Positions 19,521-28,925 are shown, counted from the first letter of the stretch. The stretch: DNA of 44,525 nucleotides from an uncultured Janthinobacterium sp. (GCA_964658025.1 CAZZXB010000001.1:13320-57844); one strand, 5' to 3'. A program made the numbers and translations. The notes: a model not told the origin generated them from the sequence alone.

Positions 19521-20957
19521 TTACGTCTGGATGTATGCGACGTGCGTGCGGGTGTACTCGTAGAGTCCGTGCTTGCCGTCGGCACCACCGATGCCCGACC
19601 GACGCGTCCCCGCGTGGAAGCCTTGCATCGCTTCGAAATTCTCGCGATTGACGTAGGTCTCGCCGAAATCGAGTTCGTTGATCGCGTGCAACGCCGAATT
19701 GAGATTCGTCGTGTAGATCGACGAGGTCAATCCGTACGTGGTATCGTTCGCGCGCTCGATCGCTTCGTCGAGTCCGCCGACCGTCGCGATCGGCAACACC
19801 GGGCCGAAGACCTCGTCGCGCATGACGCTCATGCCCTCGGTCACGTTGGTCAGGATCGTCGGCGGGTAGAAGTTCCCGTTATCGAGTTCGATAAGATTTC
19901 CGCCGGTGACGACGTGCGCGCCGTCGGCGACCGCGTTCTTGACGAAGTCGTGCACCTTGTCCAACCCGGGCTTGTTGATGAGCGGGCCCATCTCGGTCGA
20001 GTCGGAGGCCGGATCGCCGACCTTCGTGGCCGACATCGCCTTCGCGAGTTTCTCCGTGAATTCGTCGGCGATCTTCTTCTCGACGTACACGCGTTCCGCG
20101 GCGTTGCAGACCTGACCCGAATTGAGCAGGCGCGATGCCGAGATCGCTTTGGCCGCGAGATCGAGATCGGCGTCGGCCAGGACGATCGCGGGTGCCTTGC
20201 CGCCGAGTTCGAGATTCACTTTCGTGATGTTGTTGGCGGCCTCGCGCATGATCGCGGAGCCCGTCGCGACGCTTCCCGTGAAGCTGATGAGCCCGATGTC
20301 GGGATGCGACGAGAGCGCCTTGCCCGTGGTCGCGCCGCGTCCGAAGACGATGTTGATGACGCCCGGCGGCAGATCCGTCTCCGCCATCAGACGCGCGAAG
20401 ATGAGCGCGTTGAGCGGGGTCTCCTCGCTCGGCTTGATGACGATCGTATTTCCCGTGACGAGCGCGGGGCCGGCCTTACGGGCGATCAGGAAGAACGGGA
20501 AGTTCCACGGCAGGATGCCGGCGACCACGCCGATCGGCTGCCGGAGCAAGAACACGTTCTCGCCCGGTCGGTCGCTCGAGATGACCTCGCCTTCGATCCG
20601 TCGCGCCCACTCGGCCATGTAGTCGAAGTAGTCGGCGGTGAACTGCGCTTCGACCGCGGCGAGCGCGGCGATCTTGCCCTGCTCCTCGACGATCGTTCGC
20701 GCGATCTCGTCCGCATTCTCGCGGATCTTCGCGGAGATCTTGCGCAGGTAACCGGCGCGCACGATCGCGGGTAATTTCGCCCAAGACTTTTGCGCCTTTT
20801 TCGCCGAAGCCACGGCCTGGTCGACGACGGCCGCGCCGCTATCGGGCACGTCCGCGATCACCGTATTGCGCGACGGGTTGAGAACCTCGATCCGGTCGCC
20901 GCCGTTTTGGCCTGCGAACGCGCCTTCGATGAAGTTGTCGCGCGTTAACGTCAGCAT
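19521..20957 (-). CDS. aldA: NAD-dependent aldehyde dehydrogenase (AldA lactaldehyde/glycolaldehyde-type)
   Basis: PWNFP, FTGS, LELGGKAP and GQVC; C-terminal QGFHAG...SGIGGADGKHGLYEY typical of E. coli AldA. Confidence 0.88.
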   Translation of the reverse strand: MLTLTRDNFIEGAFAGQNGGDRIEVLNPSRNTVIADVPDSGAAVVDQAVASAKKAQKSWAKLPAIVRAGYLRKISAKIRENADEIARTIVEEQGKIAALAAVEAQFTADYFDYMAEWARRIEGEVISSDRPGENVFLLRQPIGVVAGILPWNFPFFLIARKAGPALVTGNTIVIKPSEETPLNALIFARLMAETDLPPGVINIVFGRGATTGKALSSHPDIGLISFTGSVATGSAIMREAANNITKVNLELGGKAPAIVLADADLDLAAKAISASRLLNSGQVCNAAERVYVEKKIADEFTEKLAKAMSATKVGDPASDSTEMGPLINKPGLDKVHDFVKNAVADGAHVVTGGNLIELDNGNFYPPTILTNVTEGMSVMRDEVFGPVLPIATVGGLDEAIERANDTTYGLTSSIYTTNLNSALHAINELDFGETYVNRENFEAMQGFHAGTRRSGIGGADGKHGLYEYTRTHVAYIQT

Positions 20958-21111
20958 GATGCTTTAGTCCTTTCCTAGGGGTGCGTTCGTCGAGCTTTGC
21001 CCGACGGAGAGGGCGGCGAATTTCGTCGCCGCCGGAACTCGGGAGCGGTCCCCGCTCCCTCGAACCGCGTCTCGCGACGTCGGCTCGAAAGAACGGGGAT
21101 CCCGAGCGGTC

Positions 21112-22896
21112 TTATTCGACCGCGAACACCCACACGGTACCGCCCTGCGGCACGTTCGCGTGGTATTGGGCGGGGAGATGCCGGTTGAACGACGTCTGCG
21201 TCCGCTCGGAATCGACGCCCCAGCCGGACTGCACCGCGATGTACTCCTTGTTGTCGACCATGAAGGCGACCGGAGCTCCGACGAAGCCCGAATTGCCGCG
21301 CATCTGCCACAGCACGTCGCCCGTCTTCGCATCGAACGCGCGGAACATACGATCGTTCGTGCCGCCTTCGAAGAGCACGCCGCCCGCGGTGCTGAGCACC
21401 GGACCGAAGTTCTGCGAGTTCTTGAAGTTGTGCTGCCAGAGGAGCTTATTGCTGGCCAGGTCCCACGCTTGCAGTTCGCCCACGTGATCGGCGCCGGGCC
21501 GCAACTGGAGGACGAGATCGTCGATCCCCTCGCCGATGTACGGTTCGCCCGCTTTGTACGTCGGCTTCACGGCCGTCGCGATGCTGCACAGATTGTCGTT
21601 CGCCGGCGTGTAGAGGATGCCGGACTTCGGCTCGATCGACGCGCCGAACCAATTTTTTCCGCCCCATGCCGAGGGACAATACGTCGTGGGTCCGCCGCCG
21701 AGCACCGGCACCATCTTCGAATTGTACGAGGGCTTGCCCGAGGTCGGATCGATCCCCGTGATGACGTCGTTCTTCACGAACTCGGTCGCCGAGAGGAACT
21801 TGATCGCATCGTTCGAGCGCTGGAACTGCCAGATGTAGCCGTCGCGACCGGGATGCACGAGCTCGTGGACCGTCTTGCCGCCACGATCGACGTCGGCGAC
21901 CATCGGCGGATCGACTTCGTCCCAATCCCAGGCATCGTCGGGGTTGTACTGGTGGTAGGCGACGATGTCGCCGTTCTCGGGTTTCACGGCGAGAACGGAG
22001 TCGGTGTAGAGCGCCGCGAGCTTCTTCTTGTCGCCCTCAGACCGCTCGTCGGGTAACCACGCGCCGGGATTTCCGACGCCCCAATACATGAGATCGAGCT
22101 TGGGATCGTACGTTCCCGTCACCCAAACGGGGCCGCCGCCGTGCAGGTACGCATCGCCCTGCCACGAGTTCCCGCCCTTTTCGCCCGGGCCCGGAATCGT
22201 GTGGATGCGCCAGGCTTCCTTACCGGTTTTGGCGTCGATCGCCGCGAGGAAACCGCGGATGCCCATCTCGCCGCCGGAGCATCCGACGACGACCTTGTCC
22301 TTGACCACGAGCGGCGCGAGGGTCGTATAGTACCCTTGCGTGTAGTCGGCGTACTTCGTGTCGAAGACGACCTTGCCCGTGCGCGCGTCGAGCGCGATGA
22401 GGTGGGCGTCGACCGTCGACGTGTAGACGTTGTTCCCGAGCAGTGCGACGCCGCGGCTGGTCGGATGCAACTGGAGCATGTCGTCGGGGATGGGATGCTT
22501 GAAGCGCCAGAGTTGCTCGCCCGTCCGCGCGTCGAGCGCGATGACCTGCGCCTGCGGCGTCGCGACGAACATCACGCCGTTATTGACGATCGGAGGCGCT
22601 TCGTGCGCTTCGGTCACGCCCGTCGAGAACGACCACACGGGCTTGAGCGTCTTGATGTTGCTCGTGTTGATCTGGCTGAGCGGGCTGTACGCGGTACCGT
22701 CGTACGTGCGTCGCGGTAAGAGCCAATCCGAAGGGCTCGGATCGAGCAGATCCGCGGACGTGACCGGCTTGTACTGCATCATCGGGGCGGGCGCTCCGGC
22801 GACCGCGACGGTGTTTTGCGCGCCGACCGGCGCGAGCGGAAGGATGACGGCGGTTGAGACGAGTGCGAATAAGGTGCGTATGCGATTGCCCGTCAC
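21112..22896 (-). CDS. periplasmic PQQ-dependent dehydrogenase (methanol/ethanol family, no cytochrome domain)
   Basis: Signal peptide; YSPLSQINTSN, W-blade motifs, SGGEMGIRG, WGVGNP and WDWD; GTG start 22896 with AAGGA RBS. Confidence 0.9.
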   Translation of the reverse strand: MTGNRIRTLFALVSTAVILPLAPVGAQNTVAVAGAPAPMMQYKPVTSADLLDPSPSDWLLPRRTYDGTAYSPLSQINTSNIKTLKPVWSFSTGVTEAHEAPPIVNNGVMFVATPQAQVIALDARTGEQLWRFKHPIPDDMLQLHPTSRGVALLGNNVYTSTVDAHLIALDARTGKVVFDTKYADYTQGYYTTLAPLVVKDKVVVGCSGGEMGIRGFLAAIDAKTGKEAWRIHTIPGPGEKGGNSWQGDAYLHGGGPVWVTGTYDPKLDLMYWGVGNPGAWLPDERSEGDKKKLAALYTDSVLAVKPENGDIVAYHQYNPDDAWDWDEVDPPMVADVDRGGKTVHELVHPGRDGYIWQFQRSNDAIKFLSATEFVKNDVITGIDPTSGKPSYNSKMVPVLGGGPTTYCPSAWGGKNWFGASIEPKSGILYTPANDNLCSIATAVKPTYKAGEPYIGEGIDDLVLQLRPGADHVGELQAWDLASNKLLWQHNFKNSQNFGPVLSTAGGVLFEGGTNDRMFRAFDAKTGDVLWQMRGNSGFVGAPVAFMVDNKEYIAVQSGWGVDSERTQTSFNRHLPAQYHANVPQGGTVWVFAVE

Positions 22897-22952
22897 GTTG
22901 GTAGTCCTTTCTTTCTGCGCTGCACGTGCAGCGAGAGATTGCGAGCGGCGAC

Positions 22953-23531
22953 TCACGAAGATTGCCCGATGCCGACGTGGCCCATGAACTTACCGGCGAC
23001 GGCGAGCGTACCGCCCGTGCCGGCTTTGAGCGGGAGTGCGGCGAGCCGATTCGGCGCGGGCCCCCCAGTGACTTTGGCGCCATCGGCCGGATCGTATTCC
23101 GATTGATGGCACGGGCACAGTAAACGATCGGACGACTGCTCGAACCCTTCGACCAGGCATCCTTGGTGCGAGCACACCGCGGAGTAGGCGACGACGCTGC
23201 CGGCGGCGTTGGCCTTCGTGCCGTCGGACATCTTACTCGCGTCGACCGAAATCACGACGACCTGGTTGAGTTTCGATCCGTCGCGCACGGTCTTGCTCGT
23301 CGGGTCCATGGCCCAAGCGAGCACGGACGACGCGCCCGCTTTGAGATCGCTCGCCATGATGGGATTATTCGCTTTCGCGCCGCTCGCATAAACGAGTACG
23401 TCGCCCGCTTGCGGACGCATACTCTTCCCATCGCTCTGGGCCAGGGCGGAGACGCCCCCCAGCATCACGATGCCGGCACCCGCGATGGTAGCGACGGCCG
23501 TGCTTCGATTGCAAGAACACTCGCCGTTCAT
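22953..23531 (-). CDS. Rieske [2Fe-2S] protein
   Basis: CSHQGC and CPCHQSEY boxes plus GGPAP loop; N-terminal hydrophobic signal; GGAGGT RBS. Confidence 0.92.
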   Translation of the reverse strand: MNGECSCNRSTAVATIAGAGIVMLGGVSALAQSDGKSMRPQAGDVLVYASGAKANNPIMASDLKAGASSVLAWAMDPTSKTVRDGSKLNQVVVISVDASKMSDGTKANAAGSVVAYSAVCSHQGCLVEGFEQSSDRLLCPCHQSEYDPADGAKVTGGPAPNRLAALPLKAGTGGTLAVAGKFMGHVGIGQSS

Positions 23532-23562
23532 CGATTACCTCCATTTGGTTCGGGACTAAAGT

Positions 23563-25305
23563 TCATTTCGGACCTCCTACGAATTCGACGCCACGGAGCG
23601 CGCGTTCTGCGTCATCCCATGCGGCGAGCGGCTGATAATCCGGGACCCATGCGAGACCGCTTTTTCCGTCGGCGGAGATCGCCTCCGGGGTGACGACCAC
23701 GTCGAGTAACGCCGGGCGGTGAGCCATCGCCTCGGCGATCGCCGCCGGGAGATCCTCGGACCGCTCGACGCGTCGGGCGTGCATCCCCATCCCGCGTGCC
23801 ATCATCGCATAATCTGAGAAACGCAATTCGGTACCGACGACGTTCCCGTGACTCTCGATCTGATCGCGCACCTCGATCGCCCACGAGCCGTTGTTCGCAA
23901 CGACCACGAGGATCGGGACGTTGTGCCGGACCGCCGTGTCGATCTCCATCGCGTTGAAACCGAACGAGCCGTCCCCGGTCAGGACGGCCACCGTCCGGTC
24001 CGGTTGCGCGAGGGCCGCGCCGATGCCGAACGCCGTGCCGATCCCGATGCAGCCGAGCGAGCCCGGATCGAGCATCGTCGTCGCGTTGATGCCGACGCGC
24101 GCCAGGCTCAGAAAATCGCCGCCGTCCACGACGACGACCGCATCGCGCGGCAACGCGTCGCGGAGCGCCGCGATCAGGCGATTGGGGTGCATCCGGCCGT
24201 CGCTCCCCTGCGGCGCGGTCCGTAGCGTCTCGCCGAATTTCGCGGCGCGCGCTTCGTGCGTCGCGCGATGTTTCGCACTCCACGCGCGGTCGACGCCCGG
24301 CGCGCGATGGCCCGCGGCCGCGACGATCGCCCGCAGCGTCGGTCCGACCGAGCCGTAGACGCCGACGTCGCCCGGCCGGTTGTCGCGCAATTCCGACGGG
24401 ACGTCGGCGATGCGCACGAACGACGCGTCGCCGAACACCGCGGGCGATCCGTACGCGAGTTGGAAGTCGAGGCGCCGTCCGAGCGTCACCACGAGATCCG
24501 CGTCGCCCATCACCGCGCCGCGCACGGCGGAGACGACCGAGGGATGCGAATCGGGGACGAGTCCGCGCGTCTCACCCGTTTCGAGATAGAGCGCGCCCGT
24601 CGCGTCCAAGAACGCCGCGACGTCCGCGCCGTACCCGCGCGCGCCGCGACCGCTGATGACGAGCGGCCGTTTCGCCGAGAAGATCGCCTCGGCCGCGGCG
24701 GCGACGCGCGCGGGGTCGGGCGGGATCGGCGCCTGCGACGGCACGTCGAAATACTCCGCGAGCGCGACCGCCTCGGGCACCTCGGCGCGCAACGTATCGA
24801 CGGGAAAGTCGAGATAGACGGGGCCGGGCTCGCCGCCGCCCTCGCCGCGCGCGCGGGCGATCGCTTCGAACATCTCCGGCAACACGTGCGCCGGATCGCG
24901 CACCGTGCGCGCGTAACGCGTCAGCGGCGCCACGAACGCCGTGTGCACGACGTCTTGCAACGCGCCCCGATTCTCTTGGTGCTGCGGCGGGAGGCCGGAG
25001 AGGATCAAGATCGACGCGCGCGCGACGTGCGCGTTCGCGATCCCCGTCATGCCGTTCGTGACGCCGGGACCCGCCGTGATGAGCGCGACGCCGAGCCGAC
25101 CGGTCAACTCCGCGTAGGCGTGCGCCATGTAGACGGCGGCGCGCTCGTCGCGCACGTCGACGATGGCGATGCCCTCCTTGGCCAGGCGCATCCAGATCGG
25201 CATGATGTGACCGCCGCACAACCCGAAGACGCGGTCGACGCCGCGCGCTTTCAGGTAACGCGCGATCATGGCCGCCGAGCTGCGATCGCCGATGACGGGA
25301 GGCAC
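23563..25305 (-). CDS. thiamine-diphosphate enzyme, ILVBL/2-hydroxyacyl-CoA lyase-like
   Basis: FGLCGGHI, VRDERAAVYMAHAYA, TAGPGVTN and GDGSFGF...NNGSW ThDP motif; GTG start overlaps the upstream TAG. Confidence 0.8.
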   Translation of the reverse strand: MPPVIGDRSSAAMIARYLKARGVDRVFGLCGGHIMPIWMRLAKEGIAIVDVRDERAAVYMAHAYAELTGRLGVALITAGPGVTNGMTGIANAHVARASILILSGLPPQHQENRGALQDVVHTAFVAPLTRYARTVRDPAHVLPEMFEAIARARGEGGGEPGPVYLDFPVDTLRAEVPEAVALAEYFDVPSQAPIPPDPARVAAAAEAIFSAKRPLVISGRGARGYGADVAAFLDATGALYLETGETRGLVPDSHPSVVSAVRGAVMGDADLVVTLGRRLDFQLAYGSPAVFGDASFVRIADVPSELRDNRPGDVGVYGSVGPTLRAIVAAAGHRAPGVDRAWSAKHRATHEARAAKFGETLRTAPQGSDGRMHPNRLIAALRDALPRDAVVVVDGGDFLSLARVGINATTMLDPGSLGCIGIGTAFGIGAALAQPDRTVAVLTGDGSFGFNAMEIDTAVRHNVPILVVVANNGSWAIEVRDQIESHGNVVGTELRFSDYAMMARGMGMHARRVERSEDLPAAIAEAMAHRPALLDVVVTPEAISADGKSGLAWVPDYQPLAAWDDAERALRGVEFVGGPK

Positions 25306-26972
25306 TAAGACGATTTCTTTTTGTTGGCGCGCAGATCGTACACGCCGGGAACGGTGCGAGGATCGGTCTCCGCGGGGAAGATACGGAGCTTGTGCACCTT
25401 CTGCGAACTCGTCGTCGGCAACGAATCGACGAAGAGGACGTAGCCCGGCGCTTTGAAGTAGGCCAAGTGCGACGCGGTCCATTCGAGCAGTTCTTTGGCG
25501 AACGCTTCGGAGGCCTCGGACGGATCGGCGGCGACGACGCACGCCATCACTTCTTCCTCGCGGAGTTCGTCGGTCACGGCGATGACCGCGGCCTGTTTGA
25601 CGCGATGGTGCGCGACGATGACGGCTTCCACTTCGGCCGCCGCGATGTTCTCGCCGGAGCGGCGGATGATGTTCTTGCGGCGTTCCACGAAAAAGAACAT
25701 CCCGGTCTCGTCTTCGGTTACGGCGTCGCCCGTATGGAACCAGCCGTCGCGCCACGCTTCCTCGGTCGCCTGCGGATTCTTGAGGTAACCCGAAAAGAAG
25801 CCCTTGCGCGGATTTTTCGCAGTCGAGCGCAACACGAGTTCGCCCGGCGTGCCGAGCGGAACGTCGTTGCCGTGGTCGTCGACCGCGCGCAACTCCATGC
25901 CGGGCTCGCTCCGACCGATGGCGCGCGATCCGACGAAACGCGGTTCGCGGTGCGCCGTCGACATGCGTCCCGTCTCGCTCATGGCCCACATCTCGACGAG
26001 CGGAAACCCGAAGCGCTTTTCGAACGGCGCGTGTTGGTTCGGTTCGATCCCCGCGCAGAGCGCGAAGCGCACCTGGTGCCGCTTCTCTTCCGCGCTCTCG
26101 GGGAGTTTCATCAATAAGTTCGGGATGACGCCCTGGAACTGCACGGCCGTCACGCCGCACGACACGACGTCCTTCCACCACGTGCTCGCGTGGAAGCGAT
26201 CGGGGAACACGAGCGCGCCGCCCGTGATCAGCATCGTCGGCAGCGAGATCGAGAGCCCGTTGGCGTGATGGAGCGGGAGCGGATTGAGGAGCCGCTCCTC
26301 GCCGTACCGCAGCGACAAGTAACCGCCTCGCGAGGCGAACCACGAACCCCAGGTGTGGAAGTACTCGTTCGTGAGAACGCAGCCTTTGGGCCGGCCGGTC
26401 GTTCCGGACGTGTAGATGAGACCCGCCTCGCTCGTCGCCCCCGGCGTTTCGTCGCGCGCCGGGAACGGGGGCTCGGGGAGCGCCTCGTCGAGCGCGTCGA
26501 AGCGCAACACGGGCGGCGACGGCGAAAAGGATCCGGCGGCCGCGCGCACGTCGTTCAACCGCGAGTCGATCGCGAGCGCGACGACGGCTTCGGAATGTTC
26601 GAGCAGATAGGCGATCTCGTCGAGTCGGTAATCGGGCGAGATCGGGACGGTCGTGCAACCGAGCGCGTTGAGCGCGAAATGGTGGAACACGAATTCCGGT
26701 CGCTGATCGAAGAGGATCGCGACGCGGTGGCCCGGACCGTAGCCCGCAGCACGATACCAGGCGATGCGCTTTTGCGTCTCGTCCCACGTCTGTTTCCACG
26801 TGAACGATACGCCGTCCGGATGATAGGCGCGTTTGGCCATGGCGGGCACGACGTACGCGTCGTTGTCCGGATAGCGTCTGCTCGTGCGTTCGAGCGATTG
26901 ATAGAGCGTTCCGAAATCCACGGGATCGAAGTTGGTGGCGTCTTCCGGAAGCGGAGCGAAATCAAGTAGCAT
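25305..26972 (-). CDS. AMP-forming acyl-CoA ligase (CaiC-like)
   Basis: YTSGTTGRPKG, WAMSETG, WFHTGD, RRSGENI and LPTTSSQKVHK. Confidence 0.9.
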   Translation of the reverse strand: MLLDFAPLPEDATNFDPVDFGTLYQSLERTSRRYPDNDAYVVPAMAKRAYHPDGVSFTWKQTWDETQKRIAWYRAAGYGPGHRVAILFDQRPEFVFHHFALNALGCTTVPISPDYRLDEIAYLLEHSEAVVALAIDSRLNDVRAAAGSFSPSPPVLRFDALDEALPEPPFPARDETPGATSEAGLIYTSGTTGRPKGCVLTNEYFHTWGSWFASRGGYLSLRYGEERLLNPLPLHHANGLSISLPTMLITGGALVFPDRFHASTWWKDVVSCGVTAVQFQGVIPNLLMKLPESAEEKRHQVRFALCAGIEPNQHAPFEKRFGFPLVEMWAMSETGRMSTAHREPRFVGSRAIGRSEPGMELRAVDDHGNDVPLGTPGELVLRSTAKNPRKGFFSGYLKNPQATEEAWRDGWFHTGDAVTEDETGMFFFVERRKNIIRRSGENIAAAEVEAVIVAHHRVKQAAVIAVTDELREEEVMACVVAADPSEASEAFAKELLEWTASHLAYFKAPGYVLFVDSLPTTSSQKVHKLRIFPAETDPRTVPGVYDLRANKKKSS

Positions 26973-27834
26973 CGAGGAACTCCCGAATCGAGGCGAGCGT
27001 GTCGGCGTGCATCAGGATGTCGTAGTGGTTGGCGTCGATCTCGGCGACCGTGGCCTGCGGCGCGATGCGGGCGAAGTTTTTCAGATCCGACGATGTGACG
27101 ATGTATCCCGTGCGTCCGGCGATCGGGCGCAGGGCCCGTAACGCGAGCACCGGCATCGGCAGGTCGCGCCAGAGCCGCCGCGCGTCGTGCGCGCGACCGT
27201 ACGCGATGTCCTCGAACACGGGCGCGCTCTGCGTGCGCGAACGCGTCCGACCGTTTTCGACGATCAGTTCGTACTCGTACGTGCGCTCCCAATACTCGTT
27301 CCAGTATTCGATGACGCCGATCGAGCGAACGTGCGCGAGGTACGCTTCGGGCGACGCGTACGTGCGCTCGAGCCGTTGGAGGATTCGCGCGATCGACATG
27401 AGCGCGGAGAGGCGCGGCACGCCGAGGCCGTCGACGAGGGCGAGGCGACGGATCCGCACGTCCGTGCGAACGACTCCCGCCTCCATACCGACGTACGCGC
27501 CCATCGAGTGGCCCACGTAATCGAAACTCTCGAAGCCGAGTTCGCGCGCGACGGAATAGATGTCGAGCGCGTGGTTGCGCAAGCCGTACGTCCCGCTCGG
27601 CGTCACCGAACTGTGGCCGCGCCCGCGCAGATCGACGGCGACGATCTGACGTCCGGGCGCGACGAGCCGCTCGGCCAGGTAATCGAACCAACGCGAGTTC
27701 GCCGAGATCCCCGGCACGCAGATCACGAGCGGATCGCCCGGACGGCCGAAGCGGTGCGCGCGCAGGTGGCCGCTCGCGACGGGCACGTCGAAATCTTCCG
27801 CAACGACCGGCTCGGACGCGTGCGCGTTCGTCAT
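26962..27834 (-). CDS. alpha/beta-fold hydrolase (esterase/lactonase-like)
   Basis: DLRGRGHS, GHSMG nucleophile elbow and C-terminal ANHY His; ATGA overlap with phaC. Confidence 0.85.
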   Translation of the reverse strand: MTNAHASEPVVAEDFDVPVASGHLRAHRFGRPGDPLVICVPGISANSRWFDYLAERLVAPGRQIVAVDLRGRGHSSVTPSGTYGLRNHALDIYSVARELGFESFDYVGHSMGAYVGMEAGVVRTDVRIRRLALVDGLGVPRLSALMSIARILQRLERTYASPEAYLAHVRSIGVIEYWNEYWERTYEYELIVENGRTRSRTQSAPVFEDIAYGRAHDARRLWRDLPMPVLALRALRPIAGRTGYIVTSSDLKNFARIAPQATVAEIDANHYDILMHADTLASIREFLDAT

Positions 27835-28925
27835 GCGCGCGCACCCAGCCATTCGGCGATCGTGGTCGGTAAGAGCTTCTGCGTTTTTCCGCTGACGTAC
27901 ATCCCGATGTGCCCGACCGGAAACGACTCGACCGTCACGTCGCTCGAACCCACGTACGCGCCGAGCGCCGCGGACGATGCGGGGTCGACGATGTCGTCCC
28001 GCTCGCCGTACAGGTTGAGTAACGGCATCGTGACGTTTTTGAGATCGACGACGCGACCGTCGAGTTCGAACGACCCCTTGACGAGCCGGTTTTCCTGATA
28101 GCAGTCCTTGATCCAGCGGCGGAACGTCTCGCCCGGATGGTCGGGACTATCGGCGATCCACTTCTCCATGCGCAGGAACGTGAGCAGGCCCTCGCGGTCG
28201 TCGAATAACTCGACGAGATCGGCGTATTTCTGAATGTGCTGTTGGAACGGACTGCGCATCAAGAACTGCTGTGCGATGAGCCGGCCGGGCACGTTGCCGA
28301 GCGTGTCGACCATGCGATCGACGTCGGTCGAGCGCGCGAGCTTCGCCATGAGCGTGTCGTCGCGATCGAAATCGACGGGGACGATCATCGCGATGAGGTT
28401 GCGCACGCGCTTCGGATTGAGCGCGGCGTAGCAGAGGGAGAAAAAGCCGCCCTGACAGATGCCGAGCACGTCGAGCGATTTGACCCCGTGACGTTCGCGC
28501 ACCACGTCGGCGCAATCGCCGAGCGCCGCGACGTGATCTTCCATCGTGGTCCAACGATCCGACGGCGTCGGATAGCCCCAATCGATCACGTAGAGATCGG
28601 CGCCGAGATCGAGCAAGCGCCGCACGAGCGAGCGATCCGGCTGGAGGTCGATCATGTCGTAGCGGTTGACGAGCGAGTACACGATCAACAGCGGTGCAAG
28701 GCGCTCGGCCGACGGCTTCGGCGAGACGTAACGGTACAGCCGCAGGTGGCCTTCCCGATAGACGAGTTCCTTCGGTGACGTCCCGATCTCGAGATCGGAG
28801 CGCCGTAGGTTGCGCATCTCCTCGACGCCCTTGAGCATCTTACGCATCGCGTCGCCCTGATCGCGAAGCGCGCTCGCGGCGAATTCGGGGAGCGCGGAAA
28901 GATCGAACGGCGCCTTAGCGGCCAT
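27831..28925 (-). CDS. phaC: class III polyhydroxyalkanoate synthase subunit PhaC
   Basis: LIVYSLVNR, DLQPDRSLV, YVIDWG, GICQGG lipase box, MEKWIADSPD, catalytic Asp (GERDDIV) and His (VGHIGMY). Confidence 0.93.
   Translation of the reverse strand: MAAKAPFDLSALPEFAASALRDQGDAMRKMLKGVEEMRNLRRSDLEIGTSPKELVYREGHLRLYRYVSPKPSAERLAPLLIVYSLVNRYDMIDLQPDRSLVRRLLDLGADLYVIDWGYPTPSDRWTTMEDHVAALGDCADVVRERHGVKSLDVLGICQGGFFSLCYAALNPKRVRNLIAMIVPVDFDRDDTLMAKLARSTDVDRMVDTLGNVPGRLIAQQFLMRSPFQQHIQKYADLVELFDDREGLLTFLRMEKWIADSPDHPGETFRRWIKDCYQENRLVKGSFELDGRVVDLKNVTMPLLNLYGERDDIVDPASSAALGAYVGSSDVTVESFPVGHIGMYVSGKTQKLLPTTIAEWLGARA

Noticed and set aside
21112..22896. Naming the quinoprotein xoxF/mxaF (methanol dehydrogenase)
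   Set aside because: It lacks the Cys-Cys loop and the xoxG/xoxJ or mxa neighbours; the substrate cannot be assigned from sequence.
23563..26799. Apparent 1078-aa ThDP-enzyme fusion (likewise 11415..13289, 35144..37534, 7893..9377 and 29721..31580)
   Set aside because: The upstream parts are alternative frames of the preceding genes or non-coding DNA; internal starts with coupling overlaps or RBSs explain them.
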